This document shows positions 26,861-39,004 of a DNA stretch of 64,000 nucleotides, in pieces. The first letter of the stretch is position 1. Each line of letters opens with the position of its first letter. The position numbers and the translations under genes were made by a program. Below the pieces are notes generated by a model. That model had not been told where the DNA came from. It did no database searches and worked only from the letters and a program-made list of their open reading frames with translations. The DNA is from Utricularia gibba (lineage: Eukaryota > Plantae > Magnoliophyta): positions 1,674,001 through 1,738,000 of the forward strand of contig NEEC01000012.1 in NCBI GenBank assembly GCA_002189035.1, in the 5' to 3' direction.

Positions 26861-28776
26861 AAGGCATTGAATGCAACCTATAGAATCAAGAAATTAATGT
26901 AAAACAAATATGTAACCATTTAAAATATACACTAATTAGGAGATATGATAAATAAATAATAAAATTTAACATATCATGAATTCCTTAATTATGTGACTAT
27001 TTACGTGCATAGCTGTATTATCTTAACCTCGGTAACTTCAATTCTATTTAGTTGCATCCCTTCTTTTCTTTCATTTCAATTCATCAAACTCATACCATCT
27101 AGTGGATATAATTTATGGCCTTGTGTTAATCTTCAACGGTATCATAAAGTGGTTAAAATGCTCAAAACGATGTGATTTATGACTTGAATTTTGACATAAA
27201 AATCCTTTTTTTTTTTTTTTACTTCTAGAACATGTGAATATAATAAAATAATGTAAAACTTTGGATTTTTGGTACGATTCTGTACATTATTACCCATGAG
27301 CATATGGACCCATGGGAGGTCTCTAGAGCAATGAGTGACTTTGCCTACCATGAAACGATATTTTTCAAATTGTGATGATTTAATTTACACTGTTTTGAAG
27401 CTCATTCCAAACCGATTGTATTTGTTCATGAAAGACCGACCATCTTATGAAGGTTGGTGCTTGATGACCTTCTGCTATCAATGAAGACTTGCTTATTATC
27501 TTAAGTTCAGCTGAATGGTTAAATAGGTATCAATCTCAAATTTTTTCATATTTTCCCAACCCAAGGCTTCAAGAAGAAACTTACAATTTAGAGAAAAACT
27601 AGAATCTTCAAACGAAGAAAGACTCATGTTCGTGTAATCGACGGTTGTTTGAACTAATGAAAAACAGATGCTTATTGTGTAGTGGAACTGAAATGTGTTT
27701 CTGGGGGTGGTGTACCAGAAACTGTACGCTTGATTCTTGGAAACAAGTTTCTGTGAGAACAGGAGGGGTGGAATCAAATGCGTTGAATCGGTGAAGCTTA
27801 CCTTAACGGGTTACATTTCTCTTGCCTTTTAAGAAAATGTGTTTTGCATCTTCAATAGATTTCGTTTTCTTACCTTTGTGTATAACCTAAGCGTTCTGAG
27901 AGGGAGGCGGCAGCGTAGATGGAGGCCCTTAGCAAGAACTTCTCTTTCCCATTGGAGGAAGAGAAGATGACGCTCAGATGTGGATGCTTTCAATCAGCAG
28001 CGCAACCTCTAAAGATGCCACGGAAGGAGATAGTTGAAAGAAGGAGACGGCTTGTAGCTTCCGACCTCCAAGCCTGGTCTGATTCGAGCTTTTGAACTTG
28101 AAGCTAAATTCTGGTGTTTTGAAGAATAAGAAGTATTCTGTAAAGTTTTTAGTAAAAAGTTATATTCAATGTGTTCCTACAGATATTTATAATACAATAT
28201 CAAGCTAGAAGACAAAACTAACGGTTATATTCATGACTGTTGGATTTGTCTGTCTTGGACTTTTTGCATTATGCGATTGAGCTTGTTAGAACTGAGCCTA
28301 GCGAATCACTATTTCAGCCTGCATATTTCAGAACCTAATTTCTGGGCTCATCGTTTTCATCTTCCCATTCATCGCACAGTAAGATTTCTTTTTTCTCGAA
28401 GGGTTTGATCAAGTTCATGAGAATCAGTTCATCAGCTTCCAATGATAGTTAGTTGTGCATCCTGATGTGGAGTTTCTGGATGAAATTGGAGCCAAGCTGA
28501 AGGTGTACGTGCTGGGGGAGCTAAACGTGAGTTCTTTGGCGACCTGCAGGCTGCAATGACACAATGAAGTATGCAGCTTTCCCCGCGTGGAAACATGCAA
28601 GATATTACCTGGAAATTCCCATAAAATAACTAAGAACTTCACCAGAGATTATTAGGAAAGTCATAAGAAATTATACCGAAATTCACTGCATTTTGTGTTT
28701 AAAAGGAGATCATCTCTCATTGATTTCTCAAAAGCTCCATCTAATAATCCATTCGGTGTCTTCTGCGAGCACAAAA

Positions 28777-29213
28777 ATGCCGGTTAGTAGGGATTCACCA
28801 TTTTCAGATGCCTCTTCATCTCACAGGGGTTCTCTCTGGAATGGATATATTGTTTTTTTTTTTCTTCATGCAGGATGAGATAGTGATCTCGCTGCCTCTC
28901 AATGACGAGGCACGTCGTTCCAAGGCGATGCAGGTTTGTGTCAGCGAACCAGGTGAGCATGCGCCGTATCAGCTGCATATTAGCGATACTTTCGAAGGAG
29001 TTGTGATGCTTTCTGGAAATCGGATTTTGAATTATAACGTTCCATCAAGCTGACGAAATTGATGGTGATTTAGGGTTCAGGTCGGTGTCCAGTAAGGGAA
29101 ACCAGGTGGTGGTCATCGGAGAGGGTATCGACGCCTGGGCGTTGACAAAAAAGTTGATGAAGAAGGTGGCGCGTGATGCTACACTCGTTAGCGTGGAGCC
29201 GATCGAAGACTAG
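28777..29213 (+). CDS. Minimal HMA-domain protein, 74 aa (copy HMA-2)
   Basis: Exons are 28777-28782, 28874-28952 and 29074-29213. Protein: MPDEIVISLPLNDEARRSKAMQVCVSEPGFRSVSSKGNQVVVIGEGIDAWALTKKLMKKVARDATLVSVEPIED*. Same structure as HMA-1. Confidence 0.85.
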
Positions 29214-29393
29214 TCGCTGCTGCTTGGGGTTCTCAAAATGGCCGCCTTATGCTTGAACAAATTAAATGAAATTATATTATTACTGTTGTTATTATTATTA
29301 TGATTATGATTATTATTATTATTAGAAACATGCTCATCGAAAATTTTAAATTGATTATTTTAAATTGATTATTATGATTATTATTATGCTTGA

Positions 29394-29448
29394 ACAAACA
29401 TCTCTATTCATCGTTTGTCTATCACAAACGATGAATAGAGATGTTTGT
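29394..29448. repeat. Perfect 25-bp inverted repeat with 5-nt loop
   Basis: ACAAACATCTCTATTCATCGTTTGT-CTATC-ACAAACGATGAATAGAGATGTTTGT; the arms are exact reverse complements. Confidence 0.95.
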
Positions 29449-30219
29449 AGATCAAATATTATCGTGAATTAATTAGAATCAAAACTGTTTAAGAAATACC
29501 AGATTCGAAATCAATAAATTATTCAAATAAAAATATAAAATTATAGTAACCAATTATAAATGGCCCATATTCCATTTCAATCTATTTAGAATCGAATCTA
29601 GACTGATTATGCATACTTTTCTAGGCCTCATTCCTATTTCTTCGTCTTTTCACCTTTCTAATTTAGCATTTAATCTCGATTTCAAACATGGGATTCATTG
29701 AGCCAAGAATAATGCACAACTACCTCCAATCATATTTATAAATAAAAATAATAATTATGATTATAATCAACATGACCATTAATATGAGAAATGTTCTCTT
29801 GTATTCTATATATAGGTTTTCCAATATGAGAAAGTTCGTGATATAATCCAGACAGACCAATAATAGACTTTTAATTTTTTAAAATGTTTTTAAAAAAATA
29901 ATAAAATTAGATAAATCGTTTTCTAGAAAGCAAATAATATCATTATTAATGGGGGAACTAAAACACGTAGCAAGATATTACTTGGAAGTTTCCATCATAT
30001 AATTGAGAGCTTCATGAGAAATTGTGATGAAATTGATAAGAAATTATACTGAAATTCACTACAATTTGTGTTACTAAAAGAGGATCATCATTTCTCGGTG
30101 GATTCTGAAAACTACTATCTACTCTATCCAGAGACTTCTACTAGATTCTGATATGCCATTTTGACATGCCTCTTCATCTCATATGATTCTTAGATGGGTA
30201 AGTTTTATTTCTCATTCTG

Positions 30220-30334
30220 GCTGAAATTGTGATCTCGTTGCCTCTCAAAGATGAGAAATGTCGTTCAAGTGGATGGAGATTTGCTTTGTATGGGTGTGTG
30301 AGGTGAGCATCTGTCTTATCAGCTGCACAATAGG
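30220..30334 (+). pseudogene. HMA pseudogene (copy HMA-3): exon-2 remnant and start of intron 2
   Basis: Reads AEIVISLPLKDEKCRS followed by a frameshift. The acceptor is mutated (CTG instead of CAG), the ATG micro-exon is lost, and intron 2 (gtgagcat...cagctgcacaa) is cut by an LTR at 30335. Upstream 29810-30190 aligns with the HMA-1 promoter. Confidence 0.8.
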
Positions 30335-31050
30335 TGTGAGAGTAAAGGATCCCAAGGGGATAGCAGATAAATACTCCTCTTAGAATTTTCTATTTTATAA
30401 AAATGAAAATAAGCATACTTTTGTAAAGATAAGATTGCCTTTTATTGTGAAACAAAATGTAATCGGGATGAATGGATGAAGCTGAAGCTCTTAGAATCGA
30501 GCTTCTAGTTCTGCATCATAATTTGAAGGATTTTGATCTTCTTTCTTCTCTAGTGAGCAAAGGGAAATTAATAAAGATTACAATTGGCTCTTTAACTTGA
30601 ATAAAATGTGCCTAAAAGGGACTATTTTCTATAGCCTCCCCTCAAGTCGGGTAGAATTGCCAATAGCTGATCCAGCTGCAAAATCCCTTTGTTGAAGGTT
30701 GGGCTAGGCAATGATTTCATATATATATCAGCTGCTTGATTGACAACTTATGTAGTGAAGTTTCAAGAAGCCAGATTGATGATGTTGCCGGACAAAGTAG
30801 CAATCCATTTCATTATCTTTGTCTCACTCATGGCAAACAGGATTTTCAGCAATCTATAGAGCGGATTTACTATTACTGAATAAAGGAAATCGGTAAACAA
30901 AAAGTACTCTGTATATAGAGAGGCCGATGCTCATCTGATGGTTTAATAGTGAATCAAACTTGCAGAAAAAGATGAAAAGCTCTTCTAGGCAAACTTTAAT
31001 ATTCTAGCAGCACATAAGTTGAAGAATACAATAGAATCACAACAATAGCC
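30335..31050 (-). mobile_element. Truncated Copia element: RNase H remnant, PPT and 3' LTR (30335-30633)
   Basis: The minus strand reads ..SKSAL*IAENPVCHE..KDNEMDCYFVRQH..KLHYIS..AADI..KSLP (Copia RNase H end). PPT TTGAGGGGAGG lies at 30635-30645, and a ~299-bp LTR starts TATAGAAAAT and ends CTCTCACA. Confidence 0.75.
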
Positions 31051-33227
31051 GTGGTCCAATTTCAGTTCTAAGTGTAGGGTGATCCACATCATCACCCTAC
31101 ACTTAGATTTAACCACGAATAGATCGCAAACAAATGTTTTAGACTTTCATATGAAAATTGGTTTTATTCATGTTACTATTTATTTTTTTCTTGTTAGACT
31201 ACAACTGGAGATGTATTGTTGATACTATTTTGTAAAATTGTATTATTACTTTTCAGTATGAGTAACTAAGCATAATATGGTTCCTTGAAGTAAAAAATTT
31301 CTTGTCAAACCCTAATAAAAATCTATTTAGAGATAGATCAAAACATAAGATAAACAAAAATTTAGATTGACTTAAAACTTTTATTTTGTTTGATGATCGA
31401 TTTTTAATTTGAATAGAATAAAGATAATGATCAACATAACATTTTGAAAGGTTCAAGGCATTATATTATTTTTTTTCTACACAATAATCGGATTTACTTG
31501 TTTATTACTTTTAATATGTTTTGTTGTTGAACTATATTAATCCTAAGTTAGACTTAATATTACATCATGAAAAAAAATGCATTAAGCATTTTGCTCTTCG
31601 TGTTTAACTCTAATTCTTCTATATGCTCGTATTTGTTTGATGTTTAATTATATATTGAGTTTACAAATTTATTTAATATAATAACTATCATTTATATAAC
31701 TACATGCAAATTTTCTCATTTATCAAGCATCAGCTCAAATCTTGAACTCAAGAAAATCAACATCAGACTAAAAAGGGGGGTGTCTGAGAGTCCCCTAAAA
31801 CACGCAACAGTCTATGTATGCATCAACACCGCCTACAATGTCGTATACGATGGGCGCATTCGTTACATATTTTATGTATTCATTTCATTACACAATACCC
31901 ATGGAGGGACCATCATCACAAGATACTCATACCATACTTAATCTAGCTCATCCACATAAATTGATGTCTGCAATAAAAAAACCTATTTAAAAACGTTTTC
32001 CAAAAATAAACATTGAAATTCAGGATAACATAGCGCAAACTATAATATTTCTTTAGGATGTATTAATAAAAGACATTTGCATGCAATGCATGAGTATCAT
32101 TTAAGCATTAGTGGTGTGGGTAAATTAAAAAAAAAAATACAAATGCCATTTATGCACAAGTCACATATGAAAATGAATTTATTAGTAATTGAAAATTATG
32201 TATAGACAACATTCATATAAAATTATTTGAAATTATTTTTAGATATCTATACTTGACTTTTGCATAAACAGTGTCATATGTACTATTTTTGTGTATTTTC
32301 CAGATATACATAAGTTGATTATGTATGAACGGCATCTATATATTTTTTATTAGATAGAAAAAATATAAACATAACAAAAAATAATTTCTAGTTATATTCT
32401 TCATATCTACAGAAACGTGATTTATGCACGACGCACAAGTGTGTGGGAATCAAGAAATATAACAAAAAATAAGAATGTATAAAAGATATATTTATGCCAT
32501 GTCATCTATGCATGATTGACATTAGTATATACAATAAAAACCAATTTTAAAATATAATATGAGCACCATCTATGCATAAGTTACGTTTAGATATTTAAAA
32601 AAAATTCAAATATTCGCACGGTTGGCCTGCAATTTACAAAATGTGTTAGCATTCAGATTTGACTAAATGGTTCAATTTCATAAATATATAAAATAGGTTA
32701 TCCTGCCATTGTTTACCAACTATCACTATTCTGCAAATAAAAATTTCATAAAGGGCTATTTCACTATTTACTCTATGCATAAATATTGAGTAATGAATCA
32801 TTTACACAAGTTCTCATAGCATTACTTTAAATTAGTGCTATTTATTAATCATTATAGGATGGCCATTGAGATTATAGAAACAATTCTACTACTAAACTCA
32901 TTCTTATCTCATGATCAAACTGAAACTCAAACTCTTGTTGATGGATTTGATCAAATGTGTTTAATAATTATTTTCGATTGAATCCTTCTCATTAAACATT
33001 TTAAGTTAAATCTCGAATTTTTCTAAATATTCTTCAAGCTAAATAATGATGAAGTACACGTTTATAAAAGAAAATATTATGTAAAAATGAAATCTAATTT
33101 CATATTTAATATAAAAATATAGTAAAAATTATTTTTACATGATAAAAAATATTTAAAAATATATTGTATTTATTTTGTCAACACCAACATAAATAAAACA
33201 AGTCAATTCACTTAATCTAAATATTTG

Positions 33228-33560
33228 TCAGCATCCACCACCACCACCACCACAACCGCCGCCGCCGCCGCCACCCCCTCCTCCACCACATCCGCCGCCA
33301 CCACCACCGCCTCCACCACATCCGCCGCCTCCTCCTCCGCATCCGCCACCTGCTGTAAACGTTTCTGCAGCTAGGGCCCCTGCCCCAGCTCCTAGAATCA
33401 TCATTCCTCCGTTGCTCCTTGTGGCACCGGCACGATGCACCGGCAGAGTCGAACCCTGATGTGCGCGGCGACAATTCAGTATCACGGATAACAGTATCAA
33501 GAAGACAACAAAACCTCCAAAGCACCCGAAGATTATAACGGGAAGCTCTTGCGGACTCAT
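33228..33560 (-). CDS. Single-TM Gly/Cys-tailed small protein, copy GRP-B, 110 aa, intronless
   Basis: The ORF has a hydrophobic segment (LPVIIFGCFGGFVVFLILLSVILNC), a basic juxtamembrane, a conserved NGGMMILGAGAGA core and a (G)nC tail. A TATA-like TTATATATAT and GA-rich leader lie upstream and are conserved in all three copies. Confidence 0.85.
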   Translation of the reverse strand: MSPQELPVIIFGCFGGFVVFLILLSVILNCRRAHQGSTLPVHRAGATRSNGGMMILGAGAGALAAETFTAGGGCGGGGGGCGGGGGGGGGCGGGGGGGGGGGCGGGGGGC

Positions 33561-34479
33561 GGTACTGGATCGTGTTGTTGATCCCTTTCAGCAGCCAGTA
33601 GCCGCTCTCTCTCTCTATATAACGAACGATTCAAGACAGGGAGACGCCGGAGGAAGCTTCCACCGTCAACGGTGCAAAATATATATAATTATCGAAGAGT
33701 TGAACATTCAGAAATCCCACGTAGATGCGTTGACATTTTCCTATTACTCGACAAAGACTTTTGCACTCAGTCACAAACCCAAATATCATACTCATCCGAT
33801 AAATGATATATTCGGAATAAATATTTTTTATCTTTTTTTTTTAAATTGATATGAACATAAAAAATACCCTTTTTTGAAAAAACCTGTGGTTTCAATATCA
33901 CTTTTATTATTTATAAAAAATCCTCAATTTTGAAAATCGGTAGTATATTAGATTCTCATTTTAAAAACGTGCAAAAGTAAACTTCTTTGACAAACTTGTA
34001 AAACACGCCTCAAATTTTTGAAAACACACAAATTAGTTTGTAGAATTGTAAAATTTAGTGAATAACACCTCATCCACAAAACCATTCAAATTAAACCCCA
34101 AAACTTTTAAAACTTAGCAAATGTCATTATAAACACCATCAAAATTTTAAAATTGATGCATATTAGTCCTGCATTCATTTTTTTTCCTATTTCACCATGA
34201 TTTACTATAAATTCTAATATTTGATTTCTAGTTATGAAATATGTACAAAAATAATATCCATTAAATATATTTATTTTTTGAGTAGCCTTCCAACTGTACG
34301 TTGCCACAGCATCATTTGGGCACCTTATTATGCTCAAGTTGTTGATGATATTTTGACACAATAATGATACTGAAAGAAAAAATAAAAGTTAAATATCAAC
34401 TAAAAGAAGGGCACAATACACTCGAAGTAAATAATTTTAAAATATAACTTGAACATTTGAGAGCATCATATGCAATACC

Positions 34480-35250
34480 AAAAACAATGTTTCTCCTTGA
34501 TAAGACATACTCACAAATTCATCCTGATTTTTTTTAAATATACCACAGTCAACAGCTAATAATTTAAGAAATCATATCCAATTATTCTCTGTTTTACTAT
34601 TTTCAATACCAAAAGCCATAAGAAAGGCAACGATAACCATGTCTCTAAAGTATGTGCCATCTATATAAATAATTGGTTGACAATGATGAAGTACATCTTT
34701 AAATACCTAAGTAACACATAATAATGAATTAAGATTCAATTAAAAAGATACAAATCAAATGCATATTTATACCTTTAGACATATAGAGATGGCTTGAAAC
34801 CTTCCAATTGCTTTGTTTTCCAAAGATAAACTCTACTTTATCAAACAAGTAGTATCGAGATTCCTTAAAGATTCTTAGATTTCCAAAGTTAAAATTGTGT
34901 CTTCGTAGCTTATGTATCAATACTTTGGAATCACATTTTTCAGAAATATAGGATAGAATCATCAACAAACTAGTTTCTAAATCATTGTAGCATATAATCA
35001 CATGTAAGGCACTATTTTCGGCAATAGAGAAGAAAACGTTGTCATGGCTAACAAAAGTTCTGAAATTCCATGCGATATCCCATTTTCTCTTTGCAATATA
35101 TATATAAGACCTACACTTTTTCTTTTCATCTCCCCTTTTGTACTTCACAACTAGATGATAATTTTTATCTTTATCCACATCGAACTTAAATAATGTCATA
35201 CTGTATACTCTTCCATATCTCTTTTTGCATCAGTGAGGCAGCGCTTGGAT
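34480..35250 (-). mobile_element. Degraded Mutator-like (MULE) transposase remnant
   Basis: The minus strand around 34640-34697 reads HHCQPIIYIDGTYF, matching the MULE DDE first-Asp motif C.P.I.IDGT. Surrounding sequence has stops and frameshifts. Confidence 0.55.
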
Positions 35251-35585
35251 TGCAAAAAAATAGGTTGTTATTTAAACAAAATTTGCTTAATCAGGTAGAG
35301 TTTTCACTCATACTGAATTTAGGATTTAAGATTTCAAAATCGATATAACATCATCTTATTTCAAGATTGATTTTTTATTTTCATGCCTATTTGCTAATTG
35401 TTGTTCGGTATCCGTACCCAACTCCCAATTGCAAGTATTGGTTTATTAAAATAATGATAGAGTTTATATAATTTACAATGTGCAGCATAATATTATAAAT
35501 TGAGGTGTTACAACACGCTTAATGCTAATGTATATCTTATTATAAATCAAAATATTCCATTTTTATTTTTAAATTGAATTTCTAC

Positions 35586-36708
35586 TGATAGTGATTCTGC
35601 AAGTGCATAGAAACCGTCGAAGTAATAAAATAAGATCGTATCCACAAAGAATTGTTATTGGAATTTTCTTTTCAAATAAAGACTCAAAAAGACTGAAAAC
35701 AAAAGAAAGATTTGGATTTAAAAACAATAAGAAAAGTGGCATTGGATTTAAGATCCACCTTGCTTAAAACTCGCCCTTGCATGTGTGTAAACCTTGAAAA
35801 CTGACCTGCTTGCGCAAGCTCTGGAGATGTTATTCTAAAGTAGTGCTACTCAGTGAGCGTTATAGCACTCTCCCTTGTTTTGTGGGATTATGGAATCAAC
35901 CACGCCACCAGAACCATTTCACCTCTTATGATAACCCATGTTTTCCTCACACTCAAATCTAACTCCTACACCGCACACCTTGCAGATAAATTAGATAGAA
36001 TGTGTCTTACCAACGTTGTCCGATTGAGCCCTTCTCCTTAGGTGTTTGAGGCCAACCTTTGATTTTCTCACACTCCTTTCAGGTTATGTGATACAAAAGA
36101 GCATGTTGGTAAAGAAAACGCTGCGAAAAACAGAATCAAACTTCAATTTAAATGTCGAAAAACATAGTAAAACAGTCACACACGCAGGATTTGCGCAAGC
36201 AAGGCTTCATCGCAGATTCTCAGCCGCAAACACCTACACACGTAGACTTGACTCTAACATGAAAATGGACACGAAAATAGGAAAAGTGGTCAAAGACATT
36301 TCTAATGGTTGAGAGAGTGAGGTATTTATAGTAGAGTAGATCCAAGTCTTCATATTGGATTTGTTTGATGGGCTTGGATAAGATCTTCTATCCAAATCTT
36401 TGAAAATTATTTTCATATCTCTATGTTATTCACGAATTTTGAACCAAATCTTCATCGTTTGACTGAGTCTCGGGCTGAGATTCGTAGCCCATCAAGTCCA
36501 TAATTTGGTGAATCTTGATTTCTCCTCAAATTGATCCAAAAGTACCCTAAAAATCCACAAAATACACTTTCTCTCAAAAAAGATCAAAGTAGTGTGAAAG
36601 ATACAAAATCAATTGAAAATAATGAGAAAGTGGAGTGTAAGATAAGTAAAAATAACTCTAAAGAGTAATGGAAGAACAAGTTTTGGAATGACACAAAATC
36701 ACTTATCA
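35586..36708 (-). mobile_element. Gypsy (Athila-type) solo LTR, ~1.12 kb
   Basis: Termini are TGATA...TATCA. Flanks are TCTAC (35581-35585) and TCTAA (36709-36713), a 5-bp TSD with one mismatch. It carries the CAAGTGCA...AAGTAATAAA...GATCGTATCCACA terminal motif seen in reversed Athila-type LTRs. Confidence 0.75.
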
Positions 36709-37379
36709 TCTAACAATAACTTATCATTCTAATATTAGATTAGAGTGGATACATTATTACATAAAAATTTCATTCAAATGTTTGCAATAATTCCAATGAT
36801 AAATATTTTTAATTATGCATTCAAATTGAACATAAACAACCAACTACCGTTTTACAAGAGAAATAATCTTGATTACATTTGTTCTCGGTTGCAACCAACC
36901 CCCTCTACATCCCTGGTCTAAATCTAGTAATTTAGTTCATTATATGAATCAAAAGGTAATGTGATGGTTAAGTGCTAGAGCAATTATTATGTCCCTCTTC
37001 CATTTTTCGTTCTCTCAAAACACTCCAAAATTGTTTACATGTATCAGAGCAATGATCAAAAAACCTTCAACACAATGATGAAATCATCGTTGCTACTCCG
37101 AACCCTGCTGTCATCTTACTTGCCTCCAACCATTGCACTCTATCTCTTGTTTCCAAAATCCTGAATGACAAAAAATTAGGCTTTCAAAGGATGTTTGGTG
37201 TATCATGATGATATTAATAACATGTTCTTGGATTAGTATTTGAATAAATAAATTTTCTTGCAACCTTATAGAAGGGTCTAGTAGCTATGAAACTGGTATG
37301 ATTTGTAAAAAATCATTTTATGATCCTAAACAAGCTTCTCATTAGTAGAATGTAGAATTGACATCCTAGTTGTTATGTT

Positions 37380-37830
37380 CATGTTTTGCTGAGCCCCGAC
37401 TCACATGATCCATACCTTTTTACCCAATGTTTTGATAGAATTAACTTGATGGTTCTCATTTATATTGATGACTTGTTAATTAATGTGAACAACTTATAGA
37501 AGCTAATTCCACTCAAATGAAATCTTGGTTTGGAATTTTTAGATGTGTTGTAGGGATTCATATAAGTTAGTGCACATTTATCTTAGACCAGCGAGCACTC
37601 TGTTGCCAATCGATTTTTCAGTTTCCACTTGATTCATGTCAGCCTTTCAACCATCTTGAAAAACTATCGCAAGATACTTTGGAAGTTGTTATATTTGGGT
37701 TTTTCACATCTTGATTTATCATATGTTGTCCAAACGTTGAGCCAACACATGGAGATTGCATGTCAATGTCATTGAGTGTCTCCTAGACATGTGTGTCGCT
37801 ATTCTAAGAGGATATTGCATATATGCTTAT
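37380..37830 (+). mobile_element. Degraded Copia reverse-transcriptase remnant
   Basis: 37452 onward reads VLIYIDDLLI (YxDD motif) and about 37725 reads VVQTLSQH. Many stops. Confidence 0.55.
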
Positions 37831-38567
37831 TCTAGCTATCTGTTAAACGTCATTTTCTAAGTGTTTATTATGTGTTATTACATGTTAGATTAGGATTAAG
37901 TAGCTCACATTAGGAGTTATATAAATAAGTATTTCATTTTATTAGAAAAATTCAATTACTGTATTTTATATATATTTTTGTTGTTTTTTTTTCATGCACT
38001 TTGATCAAAATGTGTCAAGAGTCAATCTTGAAGTGTTGAAAGAGATTTGCAAGAGATTAGACACTGACATTTTGTGACTTGTACACGAAATAGATCCATT
38101 GTGGGCGGAAGACTCACACTAGTTAGAACTTTTGACTTACGATATGCCAAAATCTATAACAATAATTGAGCACTTACTTGCATGTATGAGAAAGTTGGTT
38201 GTGCATGCAAGATAAAAAGAATACTGAAAAAGGAGCAGAGGAAGTTAATGCATGTGTGAGTGAATTAAAATAAACTGAGAACACTTGTTTTCGAACCTTT
38301 TTTTACACTTAGTTTTAGCACTAGAACTTTTGGTTATTCCTCTCCACCAATGGGAAGAAGAAGACTTTAGCTTTCCATTTAATTTTCTATTTTCATGGCC
38401 ATTCTTTGTTGAACTGTTTTAGTTTCTACGAATAAATGAAGTTTCCATCTACGTCTTGAGCACTAATCTTGGTTCTTTACTGAAATTCTTTTGGATTTCA
38501 CATATTTCCATACATCATATTATAGTATTTCTGTAACGTCTCTTAGTCACAATCCATTAGCAAGCCA

Positions 38568-38668
38568 CTCCTCGTAGATTTTGATGAAGAATAAGGTGAA
38601 TATCACCATCTCCAGTCCTCCTCGTAGATTTTGATGAAGAGTAAGGTGAATATCACCATCTACAGTCC
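38568..38668. repeat. 50-bp tandem duplication
   Basis: CTCCTCGTAGATTTTGATGAAGA(A/G)TAAGGTGAATATCACCATCT(C/A)CAGTC occurs at 38568 and 38618. Confidence 0.9.
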
Positions 38669-39004
38669 TATTAGTTCGAGGGAGATAGCGAATGGTTTGT
38701 AACCAAGTTACTATGACAGTGGATGAGTAGTGACCTTGGACCTAAATTCTTCTTCAATTCGAATCAAAATTATTTTGAAAAATTACAAAATATATTTTAT
38801 CTAATCAAATAATATATAATATATAAAAATAATAAACAGCTTCGAAAAAAAACAATATAATGGTGATATGATTGGTAATAGATATAAAAAATTATTTTTA
38901 TATGATAAAAAAAATACTTAAATACATATTGTATTTATTTATTTACTTTATCAACACCAACATAAATAAAAGAAATCAATTTCACTCAATCCAAATTTTT
39001 GTCA

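Noticed and set aside
27350-28570. Moderate-GC segment that looks retroelement-derived just upstream of HMA-2
   Set aside because: No diagnostic motif, termini or TSD recognised; left unassigned.
23510-33525. Arg/Trp-rich ORFs 23510-23941 and 33217-33525
   Set aside because: Alternate-frame readings of the GGN/GGC glycine repeats of the GRP genes.
34729-35199. 156-aa ORF in AT-rich DNA
   Set aside because: Lies in a degraded MULE transposase remnant; not supported as a host gene.
20553-38668. Direct repeats of 66, 27 (25041-25094) and 50 bp as possible CRISPR-like arrays
   Set aside because: Each is a simple two-copy tandem duplication without spacers, in a eukaryotic genome.
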